Positions 62,174 to 64,000 of a stretch of 64,000 nt of DNA are shown in pieces; positions within the stretch are counted from its first letter, which is position 1, and each line of letters starts with the position of its first letter. Location of the stretch: assembly GCA_047495785.1 (NCBI GenBank), contig JBLDXI010000032.1, forward strand, positions 3,472,001 through 3,536,000, written 5' to 3'. A program made the translations under genes and the position numbers. This stretch comes from Lepidodermella squamata. Taxonomy: Eukaryota; Animalia; Gastrotricha. Under the pieces are notes generated by a model that searched no databases, was not told the DNA's origin, and worked only from the letters and a program-made list of their open reading frames with translations.

Positions 62174-63341
62174 ATGAGTCAAGATAGCAGTTTTGAGCGT
62201 AAAAATGTGTTCGAACTGATGGAGGATGAATCTAACCAACAGAGCACCGGTACTTCGAAACCGGCGGGAACTTCTAGCAATTCTCCGTCTGTTGTGATGG
62301 AAGACGACGGCCCTGTGCCACCTCATTCTCCTCGCGAAGGTGAACCACTGATAATAAGAATTCCGAGCAAATCTCCGTCGCCGAAAAAAGCCCCTGCTAA
62401 CGAAACAAAGGGAAAGAAGAAAGCTAAGCCGAGGCGGAAAAAGAGAGGCAAGAACCTCGATGACTCAGATTGTAGCGATGGCGGTCTGGATCCACGAGCT
62501 AAACAACTGTTCAAGAAATACACTGCTAACAAAGGTAAAGGCGCTGGATCAGGAAAAAATGATATCGGGCCCTTTGTTAGAGCTGCAGGGCTTGAAAAGG
62601 GCGAACAAAGCGCCAATTTTACTGTGATAAACAGTGCAGCTCAGGATGCTGCTTCATCGTCTCAAGTCAGCATAGGACGAGGGGGAGTTCTCGAACCTCA
62701 CTTCTACGATTTAGCGAATTGCGACCCCGACCAGCCATGGCTTTGCTGTTTTTGCCGACGCCCGCCTTACTACGGGCAGTTGAGCTATTTATACGGTCCT
62801 TACACGATCTCCGGTCAGTTCCACAAATATTTGATGGATGATCCCTATGATTGCTGCCAGCTGGAAAAGTCCTATCGAAGCAAAATGAAATCTGAACCTA
62901 AGGAAGATGCTGGCCCTTCAGCTGTTTGGTTTCATTGGGAATGCTTCTTGTTCACCAACGGCTGCTACTTTTTAAACAAGCTGATTGGCTTGGACGATGC
63001 TGTAAAAATTGCTGTAAAAACCGTGAGTCTGAAATATGTCGTCAAAAATATTGATTTTTTTTTTCATTTTGCTGTACCAGAAATGCTCCTATTGCAAAGG
63101 CCTCGGCGCAACGTTGTCCTGTTGCGCTAAAAACTGCTCAAAAACGTACCATTATCTGTGCGGGCGTGGGTCAGGTATGCCAACAGACATCAGACGTTCT
63201 AATTGCATTATCTTAATATTTTGCGATGATTTGCCAGGAGCGTCTTTCAATGAGGAATATTGTACTATATTCTGCCACAGTCACAAAAACGGCTTTCAAC
63301 CGAAGCGGAGCACCGCCAATAACAGTGACAGCATTCATTAG
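62174..63341 (+). CDS. Extended-PHD (ePHD) protein, TCF20/RAI1-like
   Basis: CCFC...LYGPY...WFHWEC...KCSYCKGLGATLSCCAKNCSKTYHYLC...FCHSHK; introns 63023-63080 and 63175-63237; basic NLS-like KKKAKPRRKKR. Confidence 0.85.
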
Positions 63342-64000
63342 TCGGTTGACAAGCCAACTTGTCTTTTCTTTGAAATTTGATCCGTAAAGACAAAGCATTT
63401 TGTAATTTTGTTTGTTTAATAAAAGTTGAAACGGAAGTTTACTCTAATCTTGTCAATTTGGGGCGCGTTCTTTTCGAGGAAAGCACAGTTCAGAAATTAC
63501 CTGAAGGCGTCCGCTGTTCGAAAAACGAAATACCCGCCTGCAGGTCGATCAGTGCAGTTTTAATATAATTTGCCATGTCAACTGCGTTTACGCGATATTC
63601 ATTCATAAATTTTGCGCGTCTTTGCGGTCCATTTGTGATTTTTAAAGCTCATATAAATCCACTTGTTAATCCGATAGCTCAACTTGACACATAATCGCCC
63701 ATTCAGCCGCGCCCAATCGAAAGCTTATTAAACGTAAAAAGTTATTGCTATAAGGTGCAGTGTGTTGATCACTGTATTGCCTGCTTCAGCATTTGCGTTG
63801 TTTGCGTGGAAAAATATTGTTATTCATAATATATATTTTTTCAAAAATAAATAAACCTACAATAAATTATATTGAGCCCACTCAATATCCAATCAAACGA
63901 GGATCATAGCGCTTCACGCGCCCATGCGTTCTTGCGCCCAAGCACTAATTTCCTCATTTTTTGACGCTATAGAATAACCTGTTTACGGCGACCGTTTCCG

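Overview
Eukaryotic DNA from a compact-genome invertebrate animal (taxon not determinable here). It is gene-dense, with GT-AG introns mostly 48-65 nt, and many genes have an apparently unpaired splice acceptor just before the ATG. Conserved genes: 3' part of MEGF8, a reduced DLG5, SMG1, an SLC25A44-like carrier (10-nt micro-exon), AFG3L2, IER3IP1, ZSWIM8, RAD1 and a TCF20/RAI1-type ePHD protein. A lineage-specific island (7-29 kb) lies between MEGF8 and DLG5. It holds (i) eight co-oriented genes for disordered proteins rich in short linear motifs, three ending in a TIR domain that keeps the catalytic-position Glu, plus a divergent class C GPCR on the opposite strand; and (ii) three tandem genes fusing a degenerate ABO/GT6-like domain to a GT-B fucosyltransferase-like domain, plus a GT6-only copy with an in-frame stop. 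A 9-mer TTAAGGTGG recurs at least 10 times, often as inverted pairs. Gene models and homologies were read by eye from recalled family motifs; no database searches were run.
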